Assembly: GCA_950097015.1 (NCBI GenBank) | Contig: CATNEN010000002.1 | Span: forward strand, 2,046,001 to 2,110,000 | DNA from: Macrostomum hystrix | Lineage: Eukaryota > Animalia > Platyhelminthes | Length of the DNA: 64,000 nt | Reading direction: 5' to 3' | Shown here: piece after piece, positions 11,410 through 31,643 of the stretch | Layout of the letters: each line of letters begins with the position of its first letter | Position numbering within the stretch: the stretch's first letter is position 1 | Notes under the pieces: model-generated | Told to the model about the DNA's origin: nothing | The model's input: the letters and a program-made list of their open reading frames with translations, nothing else | The model's database searches: none | Translations under genes and position numbers: made by a program

Positions 11410-14169
11410 TATTTTATGTTATTATATTTAGACTTATTAGTGACTTATTGTATTTGCACTCCGGTGCAAGTATATGCCGCGACCTCCCGCCCAGTGGTGA
11501 AGTCGGCGAGCCGCGCTTAACTGCTGCGGCGGCCAACAGCGGCAGGACCAAGCGGGGGCAGCGCAGCGCCCGGCGGCGAGAGCGCCGTTGAGCGGTTGAA
11601 CGCCGTCGTGAGCGCAATCGGCGAGGTCGACAGCGTGGCGCTGCTCGCCGAGCCGCAACTCTCCGCGGTCCAATGGATCTTCCGGGTGGCGCCGGGGACC
11701 AACTGACTCAGCAACACCGAGAATCAGCCATACCACAGGGCACGCTCAGGGTCGGGACGCTGAACTGCCGCACCCTCAAAGCCACCTGGCGGAGAGGACT
11801 GCTGGCGAAGCTAGCGCACGACCTGAGCTGCGTTGTCATCGCGCTGCAAGAGGTGTCCATCAGGGCGGAACCAGGGCTCCACTGCGAAGACCTGGGTGCC
11901 GGATGGACTCTCCACTACTCATCAGCGGACCACCGCAGTCGTGGAGGAGTCGGCGCGCTGATCGGACCGAGGCTGCAGAAGAGCTGTCGCTGCGTCTCCC
12001 TGTCCCCTCGGCTACTTCGGGTGGACGTCCGGCTTGGCGGCCGGAACGCTCGCCTTTTCTGCGGTTAAGCGCCCCCTGCCACTCGGCCCGATGAGGCTCA
12101 AGATTTCTTCGAGCAACTCTCGGTGCAGTTGGAGGCGATGGCGCAGCGAGACACAGTGGTTGTCCTCGGAGACCTGAACGCAGTTCCGCGTAGGTCCGAG
12201 CGATCGATGTTTGTTCCGCCCCGCGAGAACGGCAATACCGAAGCGCTGGAGGACTTCCTGGAGAGGCAGGACATGGTGTCGGCCAACACCCGCTTCCGCA
12301 AGCCATCTGGCAGGCTCGTGACCTTCGTGGGCTGCAAACGGAGGCGGCGGAACGCGCGCGGCCGGTACGAAACACGGAGGCTGGCACAGCTCGACCACGT
12401 GCTTGTGCGCTTCCGGGAGCGCCGCCGCGCCATCAACTGCCGCACCATCACGCCGCTGGCTCTGCTGTCCGAAGATCGGCTACTCATCTGCGACCTGCGA
12501 GTGCGAGATCCGCTCTACCGTCTGCCGAAGCGGCCACCGCGGCGCTACTACCGCTCAGGAACGCCGACACGCACCGCCGCTTTGCTAGCCATCGTTAACG
12601 CGCCGCCCCCCCCGCTGCCAGGCAACCTGACGCTGCCACCAGAGACGCCGTTGCCGGCAGAGGAAAGCTTTAGCATAGCACCCGTCAGCACAGACGACGT
12701 TGTGACGCTCGCCCAGAAGACTCCGGGCGGCAAGGCGCTGGGTCCAGACGAGGTGCCCATCGAGGCGCTGCGCATTCACTGTGTGGCCAGTAAGTCGCCA
12801 GTGCGATGAACCGCGTGCTCTTCGGTGTGGCGGCGCCCAACGAATGGACCACGGCGCACATCGTCGCTATTCCTAAGAAGCCGGGCACCACAAGGCTAGA
12901 GGAGCACCGAGGGATCTGCCTTCAGTCCTGCGCTGCGAAGCTGTTCAACCGGATGCTGCTATCGCGGTTGCAGCTCGTGCTGGACCCGTATCTGCGACCC
13001 GAGCAGAACGGCTTCCGGCTTCACCGCGACACAGTGACGCAGATCCTAGCTCTTCGCCATGTCATCGAGGAGGCGCGAACTCGCCAGTTGTCCTCGCCCT
13101 GGTGCTTCGAGCGTACAAAGTGCCAGAGCAGCTGGTGTCCGCCATCATGGCTTTGTACTGCCACACAACTGCTGCTTTGTCAACTCAGGACGGCCTATCG
13201 GACTTCTTCGAGACATCCTCCGGGGTGCTCCAGGGGGATACGCTGGCGCCGTTCTTGTTCATCCTAGTGCTTGACTGTGTGCTGCGAACTGCTCTTCCGA
13301 CTGACAACGATGGCCTTCTGCTGCGGCGACGCGTGGGTCGACGTCAACCAGAGAAACGGCTCAGTGTGCTTGGCTACGCCGACGATCTCGCCCTGCTGTG
13401 CTCGACCGTCGAGGGCGCTCAGCGCCAGCTGGACAGGCTGGTCGGCGCTGCGGCGAGCATAGGCCTGGTGGTCAACACGCAGAAGACCGTAGTGCTCTGC
13501 GTGCCCGGCGACATCGAGGCTGCAATTTACTGCCGAGGCGCTGACGGGCAGGCAACTGAGCTCCCAAGATACCAGCAGTTCGTCTACCTCGGCGCTCTGG
13601 TACCAGACGCTCGTGACGATTTGCGGCGTCGCCGCGGGCTTGCTTGGGCGGCCTTCCGTTCCGTGAGGATCGTTCTGCAGTCCGAGGCCCTACCTGACCG
13701 TCAGAGGGCGGCGTTGTTCCGGGCGGTGATCGAGACCGTCCTCTTGTAGCGCCGAGACCTGGACGCTGACGGACTCGCTTGAACATCAGGTCGACGCGGC
13801 GCACGCTGGCCTGCTGCGCGCTGCCTTTAAGATCGACGACCAGCGAGTCTCCAATGCGGCACTCTACCGCCGCACCGGCCTGGCCCTGCCAAGCGAACTT
13901 CTGCGCCATCGGCGACTCCAGCTTGCAGGCCATGTCATCCGCGCTGAGTCGAACTGCCCAGAGCCGGTGCAGGAAGTCCTGCTGCTCACGGTACAAGCAC
14001 CCTACCGGCGAGGACAGGCGCAACCGGCGCTACGTCGACTGCCTGCTGGATGATGCCGGCGCTCCGGACTCTGCCGGTGGCGCGGCCTTCGTTCGCGCCC
14101 AGGCCCTCAAGCGCGCCCTGTGACGCTGTACTAGACTCTGACAGCGTACTATGTTGTTATGTTGTTGTT
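11410..14169 (+). mobile_element. RTE-clade non-LTR retrotransposon, decayed (APE endonuclease + reverse transcriptase)
   Basis: EN motifs GTLNCRTL, ALQEV, VLGDLNA, LDHVLV; RT motifs EQNGFR, QGDTLAPFLF, YADD; several stops and frameshifts; (GTT)n tail; 7-bp TSD GTTAACA at 11403-11409 and 14170-14176; empty site at about 2650 in copy 1. Confidence 0.9.
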
Positions 14170-14644
14170 GTTAACAACTCAGGATTAGAAAATATAGACA
14201 CTTACTCTGAAGCACAAGGCGAATCTTAATTCAATCAACAAATCATCTACTGCTCTGTAACCTGTATGCTATGGCTCTGTATAGCTCTGTTTACAAGGCC
14301 TTTCTCAAATGCGTCGACGATATGGGGATCTCGTTCAGCTGCATTTTGGGGAGTTTCAGGTGAACCTTAACATATACGGAAGTGTTGGAAAAACTGCAGT
14401 TAAGAACCGTTTTGCCATTGTGTAATTTTCCCAAGTACCATAAAGCCATGTCTAAAAATAGCATATGAGTCTTAAAAAAGATTAGCAGTTATTGCTTACA
14501 TTTACCCGTGACATTACTTTAAGTAGCACGTTGAGCATTCTACAACTAAGCAAACACAAGTATAACTTCAATTAAATAAAATATAATTATCGAAAGGTCA
14601 AACGAAGCAAATGCAACAATAGTGCCACTGGAATGGTGCTATAT

Positions 14645-17600
14645 TATTATTATTATTATTATTAAAACGCGCACGCCATCTATCGGTGCTGATTTTTTTT
14701 AATATATATTTTTTAACAACACATTTAAATGAACAACGAAAAGCAACATAAAAAGCGAAGTTTAGTAGGAATCAAATATCGAGCTGGGAAGGGAAAGCAA
14801 AGGTATTAAAAATAAGAGCAGTAAAAACACAAGGGACGCCAGGGATAAAACAAATTATGAAATATCTATTGTTGAATGCTAGTAAAATCTCGTAGTCTCA
14901 GGGCAGCTGTTCCCTTATTTTAGATATTTCTATGATGTATTTTGCTAAAGCTTCAGCGGTTTCCCTATCGTCTTGAGCCATTATGTAGTTAGATTTTTCT
15001 TCTGCTGTTAAGGATATGAAATTGGGGGTTTTCCCAGAAACTTCCGTCTCAAATTTCGAACGTGCTGCGCTATACTTATTCCAAGTGCACTTAAAAAGGA
15101 AGTGGACCTCGTTTTCAACTTCTGTTTTGCACTTACTACATAATCTATTTACATACGGAATTATCGGTCTCGCAGTTCGCAATGTTTCGCAAGCTAGCTT
15201 ATGGTTTCCTAGTCTAAACGAGGCTATGGTACGTCTCAACTCCGGGTTGTATATTTGTTGTAAATATTTTTCGGCTGAATAATATTGCTTGAAGGAGTAA
15301 TAGAAGTGACTTAGCTTGCTTGAGTTCTGTGTCCTTTGTCTCCAATGGGTATCGAACTGAGAAACGAAATTTTTCCTGTGGTTTTGGAATAGTCGCGGGT
15401 TTGCAATCCGATGATCTGTCCTCGTGGAGGAAAGGAGTGTGGGGATGGCGATAGAGTCAGAAGTCGTACCGCAAAGTCCCGCGAGTTGCCGCGGAAAGAG
15501 GGATGAAGGGAGAGATGAAGGGAGAGACAGTGGATGCAGGGAGTGGTCCTCTCGGCCTCAGGCTGGCCAGTCCCACTCAACCCATAGGCCACAGGCATGA
15601 CTGCCGTGCCTACCCCAAGCAGTGCTCGAAACCGGCTAAAAGTCTAAATAGATGTCGGACTACCCGCAAACGGATAGGACAGGGCTATGCAGCCTACTGT
15701 CATCAGTAGCATGTTCGTAACTGACCCCCAAACTCGGTAGCAGTGGTCGACTCGGCCTAGGCTCTTGTCTTAGAAATGTGGAAAGGCTATCGGCAAGCGG
15801 AAAATGATCTAGGGTAGCGCCACCACCCAATGCGCCTACGTTGCCACCGCAGACATTTGGGAACTTGGGTCCCCGGAGCTCGCGGCTCCTAGTTTGTCAC
15901 ACAGATCTTAGACAAGCCGAAAAAATAGAGCCTTCTGTAACTTCCGTTTTAGACTAGGGTGAAGACCCCAGAATGGATCGAGACACGCCTCACCAGGGGA
16001 TTCCTGAAATTGCGCTACAGTGGTCTAGAAAGGTGGTACTCAGAACCTGAAAGAGAAACCCATAGCCAGAATCCTACTCATGGAACATCAGACACATTCT
16101 GTACATTAGACTGCAGCCTACACATTAGATAACTAGCAATCCGAGTCTGTGTGAGTTGAGGAAAACAGAGGCAGGGGAGATTAAGCTGAACACTGGCTGA
16201 GTGATTATGCGAGCGTAAGATTAAAAGATCATCACCCCCCACTCCCTTGGCGGTGGAAGCGAGAGGGGGGGAACGGAAGGGAAACTCAATTGGCAGAGGA
16301 GCTTGACACGCACTCCCAGTTCCGCCAGGAAACGAGGAAAACCCGCCAAGGAATTCCCCACCCCTGGGCAGAAAGACAACACGTGCTACACCCCGCATTT
16401 TACTTGCAAATCCCTAGCTCCATATTGCTCTCATACGCGCTTACAATTTCCTTCCTGCCGCAGCTTTCAGCTCGGCTGTGCCAGAGCCCATTCCCCTAAT
16501 AGATTAGCCACTCATGGTAGAGGGCTGTCTAAGGTTAAAATAAAGGTGAAAAGGAGACATAATAAGAGAAGTTAAGTTGTTATAAAGTTAAGCCCAATAA
16601 GTTAAAAGTGCTTAGATTGGATAGTTTATTAGGCGAAAAAGTTCCTAGCTTCCCTCCCACTAAATGCCGCCTAACTAATAGAAAGCCCCTTAGGAGCAAT
16701 AATTGCAAACCGCTGCGCGGATTACTTATCTGGACGCTTCGGCCGCGTGCTGCAATCCCGTTGTTCTCGGGGAAGGGGACGGGGTAAGACAGTAAAAGCC
16801 GGGAAGGGAAAGATGCTGCGAGTCGGCAGGGGGCCAACACGCTTGGAGCTCAAGGCTCAATTTAACAGCTCACCTAAAGAGGTGGCTCGCGCTCAGGGGG
16901 AACGGGGACAGGCAATGGGCCTGCACTAACTGTGGAGCTATGAGCTCTAGGGTCTATGCCCTAACTGGGTCTGGGGGATAAGTCCTGGGTCCGGTGGGAG
17001 TCCGGCCCGGCAAAAGTAAGTCCGGCAGGGGAGAAGGGGAAGAGCCGGTGGGAGAAAAGAGGTCCTAGAGGGAGCAGCGCCGCGCGCTTGCTTAAATAGG
17101 CCTTGCAGCACGCCAACCCCGACATCCATCAAAGCAACCCACATTCGCGCCCGCCTGTCAACGGGGAATCGAAGCGACGACAGGCCGCCCCAATTGCCCA
17201 ATGGACCGGCGGCGGGAAACGACAGGTGCTCATCGAGAGCAGCCATCGGCAGACGGCCAACAATTGTTACTCCGCCGGGACAATGGAAGCGCAGGCGCCG
17301 ACCTGCCTACAGTGATATTTACATGTATCTAAAGGAAGGAGGTCATAAAGTCGAGCTGGGCTCGAATACTGTAAAGAAGCGGGGACATGAAGAATTTTAT
17401 GATCACTCATAACGCGTGAGTGAGCCCCTATATCTGATCGCGGTTTGGAGGGGAATTATGACCTAAACTAGTTCATACAGTAACATTATGGCCGCGATCA
17501 GTCATTCCTACGGGGAGTCTAGACAACTCCGGAGAGAGAGGATTCGACAGCTACTTGATTCACCGCCGCCTCAAACCCGGCCCTAAGATTAATGATCTTG

Positions 17601-17831
17601 TTTTGTGACCAGCTGCTGGGTGGGTCGCAATTATTAGTTACTTAAAAATTTGAAAAATTATGCTGGCTCACATTCCCACTCGATTCCAGCAGCACACCCC
17701 ACATCAGTTTCCAATTGCTTTTGCAGGACTAATGCCTCTGCAGTTCAGCATAACCTCATTGTTGGTCTTTGCTTTGATTCCAACATCACTGTATGTTTGG
17801 TCCGCCAATAACTTGGAAATTATGGAGTCCG
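14645..17831 (-). mobile_element. 5'-truncated LINE (3' end of ORF2 with CCHC-type knuckle), split by a nested insertion
   Basis: Minus-strand peptide ...HWRQRTQNSSKLSHFYYSFK..EKYL..RRTIASFRLGNHKL..RLCSKC..ENEVHFLFKC; upstream part SSWSQNKIINLRAGF at about 17550-17620; (TAA)n tail at 14645; TATAT TSD at 14640-14644 and 17832-17836; empty site at about 3687 in copy 1. Confidence 0.8.
15416..17550. mobile_element. Unclassified 2.1-kb non-coding insertion nested in the LINE
   Basis: Removing it rejoins the LINE frame (GFEAAVNQVDHRIANPRLF); termini CTGTC...GACAG; no clear TSD; no credible ORF. Confidence 0.55.
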
Positions 17832-18725
17832 TATATGAGCGAAGGGGCGAAGAGAGCTATATGAACTCACACCTTTACTTGTGTGGAAGCAATTCCGGAG
17901 TTCTGTAGCGTCAGAAAAGTGTAATTCAACTGGCAACATTCTGAGGCGCGAGTTGATAACACACTTTGGCACTGAGAATTCGTTTTCCGATAATCAGATA
18001 CTTATTCCGTGTGTTGTTGGAAAGAGCCTCGACAGAAATTTTCGCCTGCTGTGTCATACCAAGCGGCATGATGGGGGCGTTGGCGAAGTAATTGAGAAGG
18101 ATGTGTAAGAGCGGCCTCCCGCACCAACGTGCGACATGAGCAATGTCTGTTAGACCGCGCGAGAAGACCTGCCAGAGTGCAGCGCCTGAACGATATCAAC
18201 GAAACGATTCATGCTCCGGAGTCGGAGCATGCATCGCGATCCTTATTAACGGTTCTCATGTTCTCCTCAAGATATTGATAAAATTCAAAATTATTGATAA
18301 AGTTTAATCTAAGCTGGAAAATGTAAAGTCTTTGTTTTCTTCTGCATCTGTTCGTGGACTACAAGCCGATCCAGCTCACATGGTGTCCTCACACGTAGAA
18401 ATCTGAGCTACTCTTAGTACCGTAGCTGCTCCCTTTCTTCATTGATAAAGCCTAGTCGCTGACGATCATTTCATAAGACTCGCAAAATATTCTCAGGCAT
18501 GAACAATAGTCTGAGTACATTTTCACGAGCAAATGCGAAGTTTATTCATTGCGGGCTAAAAACATGGGTTTAATTATTTTTTTGCGAAAACTCTGAAATG
18601 ATTGCTCCGAGACGAGACGAGACCACGTGTAGGGAAATTAGGAGTCGTGGTCATCCACCTGAAGCCGCTTAAGGCGCGAAATAGTTGACGGGGCTTTGTT
18701 GTACAGGGCGAATTTATGAAACTTG

Positions 18726-18800
18726 ATTGGTATGTGCCACAAGCAAATTGGTATGTGCCACAAGCAAATTGGTATGTGCCACAAGCAAATTGGTATGTGC
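18726..18800. repeat. 21-bp tandem repeat, duplicate of 4594..4668
   Basis: Same unit and copy number as in duplication copy 1. Confidence 0.75.
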
Positions 18801-19002
18801 TTAGTATCTTATCTAGAGCAAGGCATTGCAAAAAATGTGCATGCGCTTACGTGGTGCAGTCAGCCCCGAGGTCCGTACTAATCGAGGCTAAAATATACGC
18901 TACCTGAGGACAATCTCTTTAAGTTGGCGCATGTTACTCAGGCGCGATCGAAATCTGTCAGCTAAAAGCGACGAAGCTCAAGCTTACAGAAGAATTATTA
19001 GT

Positions 19003-19360
19003 ATGCAGCCTCGCCTGTTTATAGCAGTTATCTTGTTGTTTTCTGGAAGTGTCCACACATCATTATATTTGGCCATTAAAGATTTCGATATTTCTTCAAC
19101 ACCGGAAAGCGGCACGTTTAATGAATCGAACTCAGCTCGGTTTCATCTTGCCGGTTCACCGACTGCCAACAAGACTCTGTTGGAACAAATAAATTTGAAT
19201 TTTCGCACATCTCAAGCAAGCAATTCTTTCCTGTTCTCAATTGTCAATCAGCGAAACGAAACCTTTACAGTCCAGATTCAATCAGCTGATGAAGTTAAAG
19301 TGCGACTAATATATTTGCGAAATCCCGAAGGACATAACGTTAGCGAACTGGCTTATGAAG
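19003..19360 (+). pseudogene. Truncated duplicate of gene B1 (B2; first 119 codons only)
   Basis: Near-identical to 4871..5228 (2 aa changes); homology ends at 'tatgaag' 19360, and the frame then stops at 19422 with no EGF or TM segment. Confidence 0.8.
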
Positions 19361-19494
19361 TTGCAAGCAACGTGCATATAGTGCGACTGCATGTTTGTTG
19401 GTATTTCACTAAGGAACACTAAACACTATACGGACGAATGTTAACTATTATACTTTTTTGGTATATAAAATAAAAACTAATACTAATAGCTAGA

Positions 19495-19800
19495 TTACAT
19501 CTGCCCCATTGAGCCAGATGTACGTGCAGCCCACAGCAAAGCCGCAGCTATTGCGCAGCGCATCTCTGAAAGGCTGCATGCGTATGCGGCTGTTCAATCC
19601 GAATGGGTGCCGCCCACCCAGCTTCAATTACCCCATTACCCCCAGCTAATGCCGTATGCCGGCACCCATTTAACAGGTTGGTGAACTGAAGTAAATGCAG
19701 AGTAAAGTTTCTATATAGAGCTAAAAGACTATAGGAATCGAATCGATCCCTTAGCTCCGACCTTCAAAGTCATGAGTCCGACGCTCTAACCACGAGGCTG
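19495..19800 (-). mobile_element. tRNA-derived SINE, family 1 (tRNA-Met-like head, CORE-like body)
   Basis: Minus head ...GTGGTTAGAGCGTCGGACTCATGACTTTGAAGGTC...GATTCGATTCC; body shared with about 27071-27382 and 57730-57960. Confidence 0.75.
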
Positions 19801-20311
19801 AAACCTAATCGCATAACTAGGATAAAAACTCTCACAAAAACTAAGCACGAGAAGGACGTTATGAATACTCAGTATATTAGTAGTCCCTGTGAGTATTTCA
19901 TGGGAGTCAGAGAGTCATTTAGTAGTTCCTGAACTTATATAGTCCATGCGAAGCAGAATCTGCAAACTGAAGAGTTTCGTTGCTAATTGCACACTGAGCT
20001 GTCTTCAAGTGACATAAAATACAAAAAGTCCAAGAGGTTTGGTTTAAGATTTGCATCTCTTGTTATATATTATATCTTGTTACTTATTCATAATTCGAAT
20101 AAAATAGAACATTTTGAAATCCAGTTATAACCTGACAACCAGGCTCGTAGGACTGATTCGTAATGTTATAACATTGCGATTTAAAACAAATCATATAACA
20201 TTTAGGTCGAGATTTCCAAAACTAACTGATTTGAATATAGCAATTACTAAAAAAAGTTTTTTTGTATTTTTTTGCATTGTACTTTACATTATAGAAAGCT
20301 TACATAAATAA

Positions 20312-20331
20312 TTTCAAGAAAATTCTAGAAA
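20312..20331. promoter_or_regulatory. Heat-shock element (four perfect alternating nGAAn/nTTCn units)
   Basis: tTTCa aGAAa aTTCt aGAAa, about 160-180 bp upstream of the Hsp110 ATG. Confidence 0.8.
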
Positions 20332-20471
20332 AGTCTGCGATGATGAAGCATATTTAAGTACTCTTTACTGATTACCCCATCTAGTAGGACTTGTTTCTGT
20401 CGCAAAATTCGCATTGCTTTGTGTCGAATAGAATTACTCTTTTAGAGACTTTAGATATACTTGACATTTAA

Positions 20472-28979
<8,508 letters not shown>

Positions 28980-30027
28980 TAGCTCCTGGGATGACTCTGT
29001 GAGTTCACTGCTCACAGGATATTAATAACTAGATCGCACTCGATTGTATCATTCTGTGGCATCGCTGTCTCGTGTTCCATAAACTCATTTGATAGGCTAT
29101 CGACTGAACCAGCTTAGCATCTAATAAACTGATAAAATAGTTGTTTCCCCTACTGGAGTAGATTAGCAATCCATATGAGATTAATCGATGTTTAGTATTC
29201 CTGATTAAAAAAATTTTTTTTTTAAACAATTAAGCACCAACTTTTCATTTTTTTTAGTTTTGTTGCTTCCTGCCTGCAATCTAATTTTGTCTGCGCGCTG
29301 TTTTGAGAGAAAATATTATTCAAAATCTGCACAAGCATGGTTTGAATGAGAACAATTCTGTTGGGCGTCATCTTTTATTTTTGTGTTCCCATAACCAACC
29401 AATCGTCCCTTTGTGTAGTCAGGTTATTATTGCACCAGTCATTTGTGCGCTCATACACAAATGTACTTTTATTAAATATAAAGAAAGCTTTTGTTATTCC
29501 AGAATTCAAGTCCATCTTGCAGTCTCTCCATATACTTCTAAGTCTTATTTAACAGGAACACATCTACAGCCAAGATGCTTGTTCAACCTTTGGCCATAGA
29601 CAGCGCTCTAATGTACTTTTATTTTATATAACTATTGTTATTAAAATTATTACTAAGCCCATGTCCGCTCGCTATTCGTCACTTTTGTAATCATTGATTT
29701 CCACGGCATTTCCAATGCACTGTGCAAGCCTGTTATAAACAATATTATCTATCTTTATTGTTACTATTATTAATATTATTATTCCATTTCTTGACGATAT
29801 GGCGGCGGCAGTTTAAGAGTCAGTTGTCTATGGCTTTTCTGATCTGGCATCCCAGCCAATCAGCCCCACGTTTCATTTTGCCGCAACTTAAGATGCTGAC
29901 AAATAAAAATCTTGAAATATAAAATATGAAATTGGTAGTCCCTCTTTTGCTATCTTTATTAATACACCTCCAGTGAAGTTCACAGTTTCCAGAATACTGA
30001 CAGATTGGCCTTTTTAATTTTATTTAT

Positions 30028-30622
30028 TGTCTTATCTATCCAGTGTCCTCTCTCCTGTATTATCTATCCAGTGTCCTTCTCTCTCCTGTCTTATCTATCC
30101 AGTGTCCTTCTCTCTCCAGTCTTATCTATCCAGTGTCCTTCTCTCTCCTGTTTTATCTATCCAGTGTCCTCTCTCCTGTATTATCTATCCAGTGTCCTTC
30201 TCTCTCCTGTCTTATCTATCCAGTGTCCTTCTCTCTCCAGTCTTATCTATCCAGTGTCCTTCTCTCTCCTGTTTTATCTATCCAGTGTCCTCTCTCCTGT
30301 ATTATCTATCCAGTGTCCTTCTCTCTCCTGTCTTATCTATCCAGTGTCCTTCTCTCTCCAGTCTTATCTATCCAGTGTCCTTCTCTCTCCTGTTTTATCT
30401 ATCCAGTGTCCTCTCTCCTGTATTATCTATCCAGTGTCCTCTCTCCTGTTTTATCTATCCAGTGTCCTCTCTCCTGTATTATCTATCCAGTGTCCTCTCT
30501 CCTGTATTATCTATCCAGTGTCCTCTCTCCTGTCTTATCTATCCAGTGTCCTCTCTCCTGTCTTATCTATCCAGTGTCCTCTCTCCTGTATTATCTATCT
30601 AGTGTCCTCTCTCCAGTCTTAT
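30028..30622. repeat. 25-27-bp minisatellite
   Basis: tatctatccagtgtcctctctcctg units. Confidence 0.9.
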
Positions 30623-30749
30623 CTCGACAGGCCTCGCCCATTATTAGCGATTAACTGCCCGGAAAAAAGCCTCGACCAATTATAATGGCTTACTGAGGCA
30701 AAAATGTCTATAGCACAAAAAATTGATGCCCATGTCGCTTGCACTCAAA

Positions 30750-31201
30750 GAGAGAAGAATGCTACGCTCTGCGGCGTGGCACTGGAGACGCCGACATCCA
30801 CGAAGACGCTCGAGTCGTAGCCTGCAGCACATTAGCAGTGGGTGCGAACCTGTATAATTTCAAGCTTTCAAATTACTAGATAACTTGGCTCCCTCGCTAT
30901 TGAACTCGACGGATTCCGCTTTCCACAGCTGCATCTGGCCGCACACCAAGTTTCTCTTGCTGGTCACTTCATCTTCACTCATCACCCAGGCTGCGCGGAG
31001 CTTCAGGCCCTCGCTGCTCATCAGCTTCCTGCTCAAAGTCATGAAGTTGACGGCTCTGGCATTGGCAAACACGGCACATCTACGCAGTGTCCCGACTCCA
31101 TTGGTAGCTAGGGCATCGATAAGGTGGCACACGGCAATGTATGGGAACAGCGAGCACTGGCGAGTGGCCGATCGAGTTGTGAAGCTTCGAGATTTTGAAA
31201 A
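30750..31201 (+). pseudogene. Possible degraded fragment resembling the mitochondrial ArgRS (RARS2) C-terminal DALR region
   Basis: High-GC3 frames EDARVVACSTLAVGANLYNFKLSNY*ITW and LITQAARSFRPSLLISFLLKVMKLTALA loosely recall RARS2 ETAERVGLAALI..LLSDYKFSW and [20 protein letters not shown]. An equally GC3-rich minus-strand frame (30860-31132) also exists. Confidence 0.25.
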
Positions 31202-31643
31202 GTACGTTTTGTTGGACGCTTACCCTTTTGACCACTGGACCAAAACCAAAGTTCTGGCTTCATGTAGCTGTGCATTGTACATATTTGTGTACAAATCGTT
31301 TTAGCATTGCGATGTTTGGCTAGAAAGAACTGTAATCTATGACTCATATTGTGCCGAGTGGTTGTCTGCGAGTAATTTCTGCTACCATACATGTCATGCC
31401 ACTCTAATCTCAGCTATCTCAACTATTTGCAAAACCAATGCGCCTCTTATAGCTCAGCTGTGCATTGAAACAAGCATTAGTGTTTTCACCCACGCAGTGG
31501 GACAGTTGATGTGTTATCGGGTATTCGAAGGCAAAGCTTACATTTTTTATAGGCTTGTTGTTTGTTCCATTTTGGTCTGTGGAGAAGCTTATCTAAAGAG
31601 AGAGTCAGGGAAAATACATTTCTAAGTGTTTAAATAGGCACAG

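Larger units (their letters stand above)
9638..19360. repeat. Segmental duplication, copy 2 (expanded by retroelement insertions)
   Basis: Colinear with 893..5228; interrupted at 11410-14169 and 14645-17831; homology stops mid-gene at 19360. Confidence 0.9.

Noticed and set aside
15416-17550. Helitron interpretation of the nested insertion
   Set aside because: It lacks the 5'-TC / CTRR-3' termini at an A^T site on either strand.
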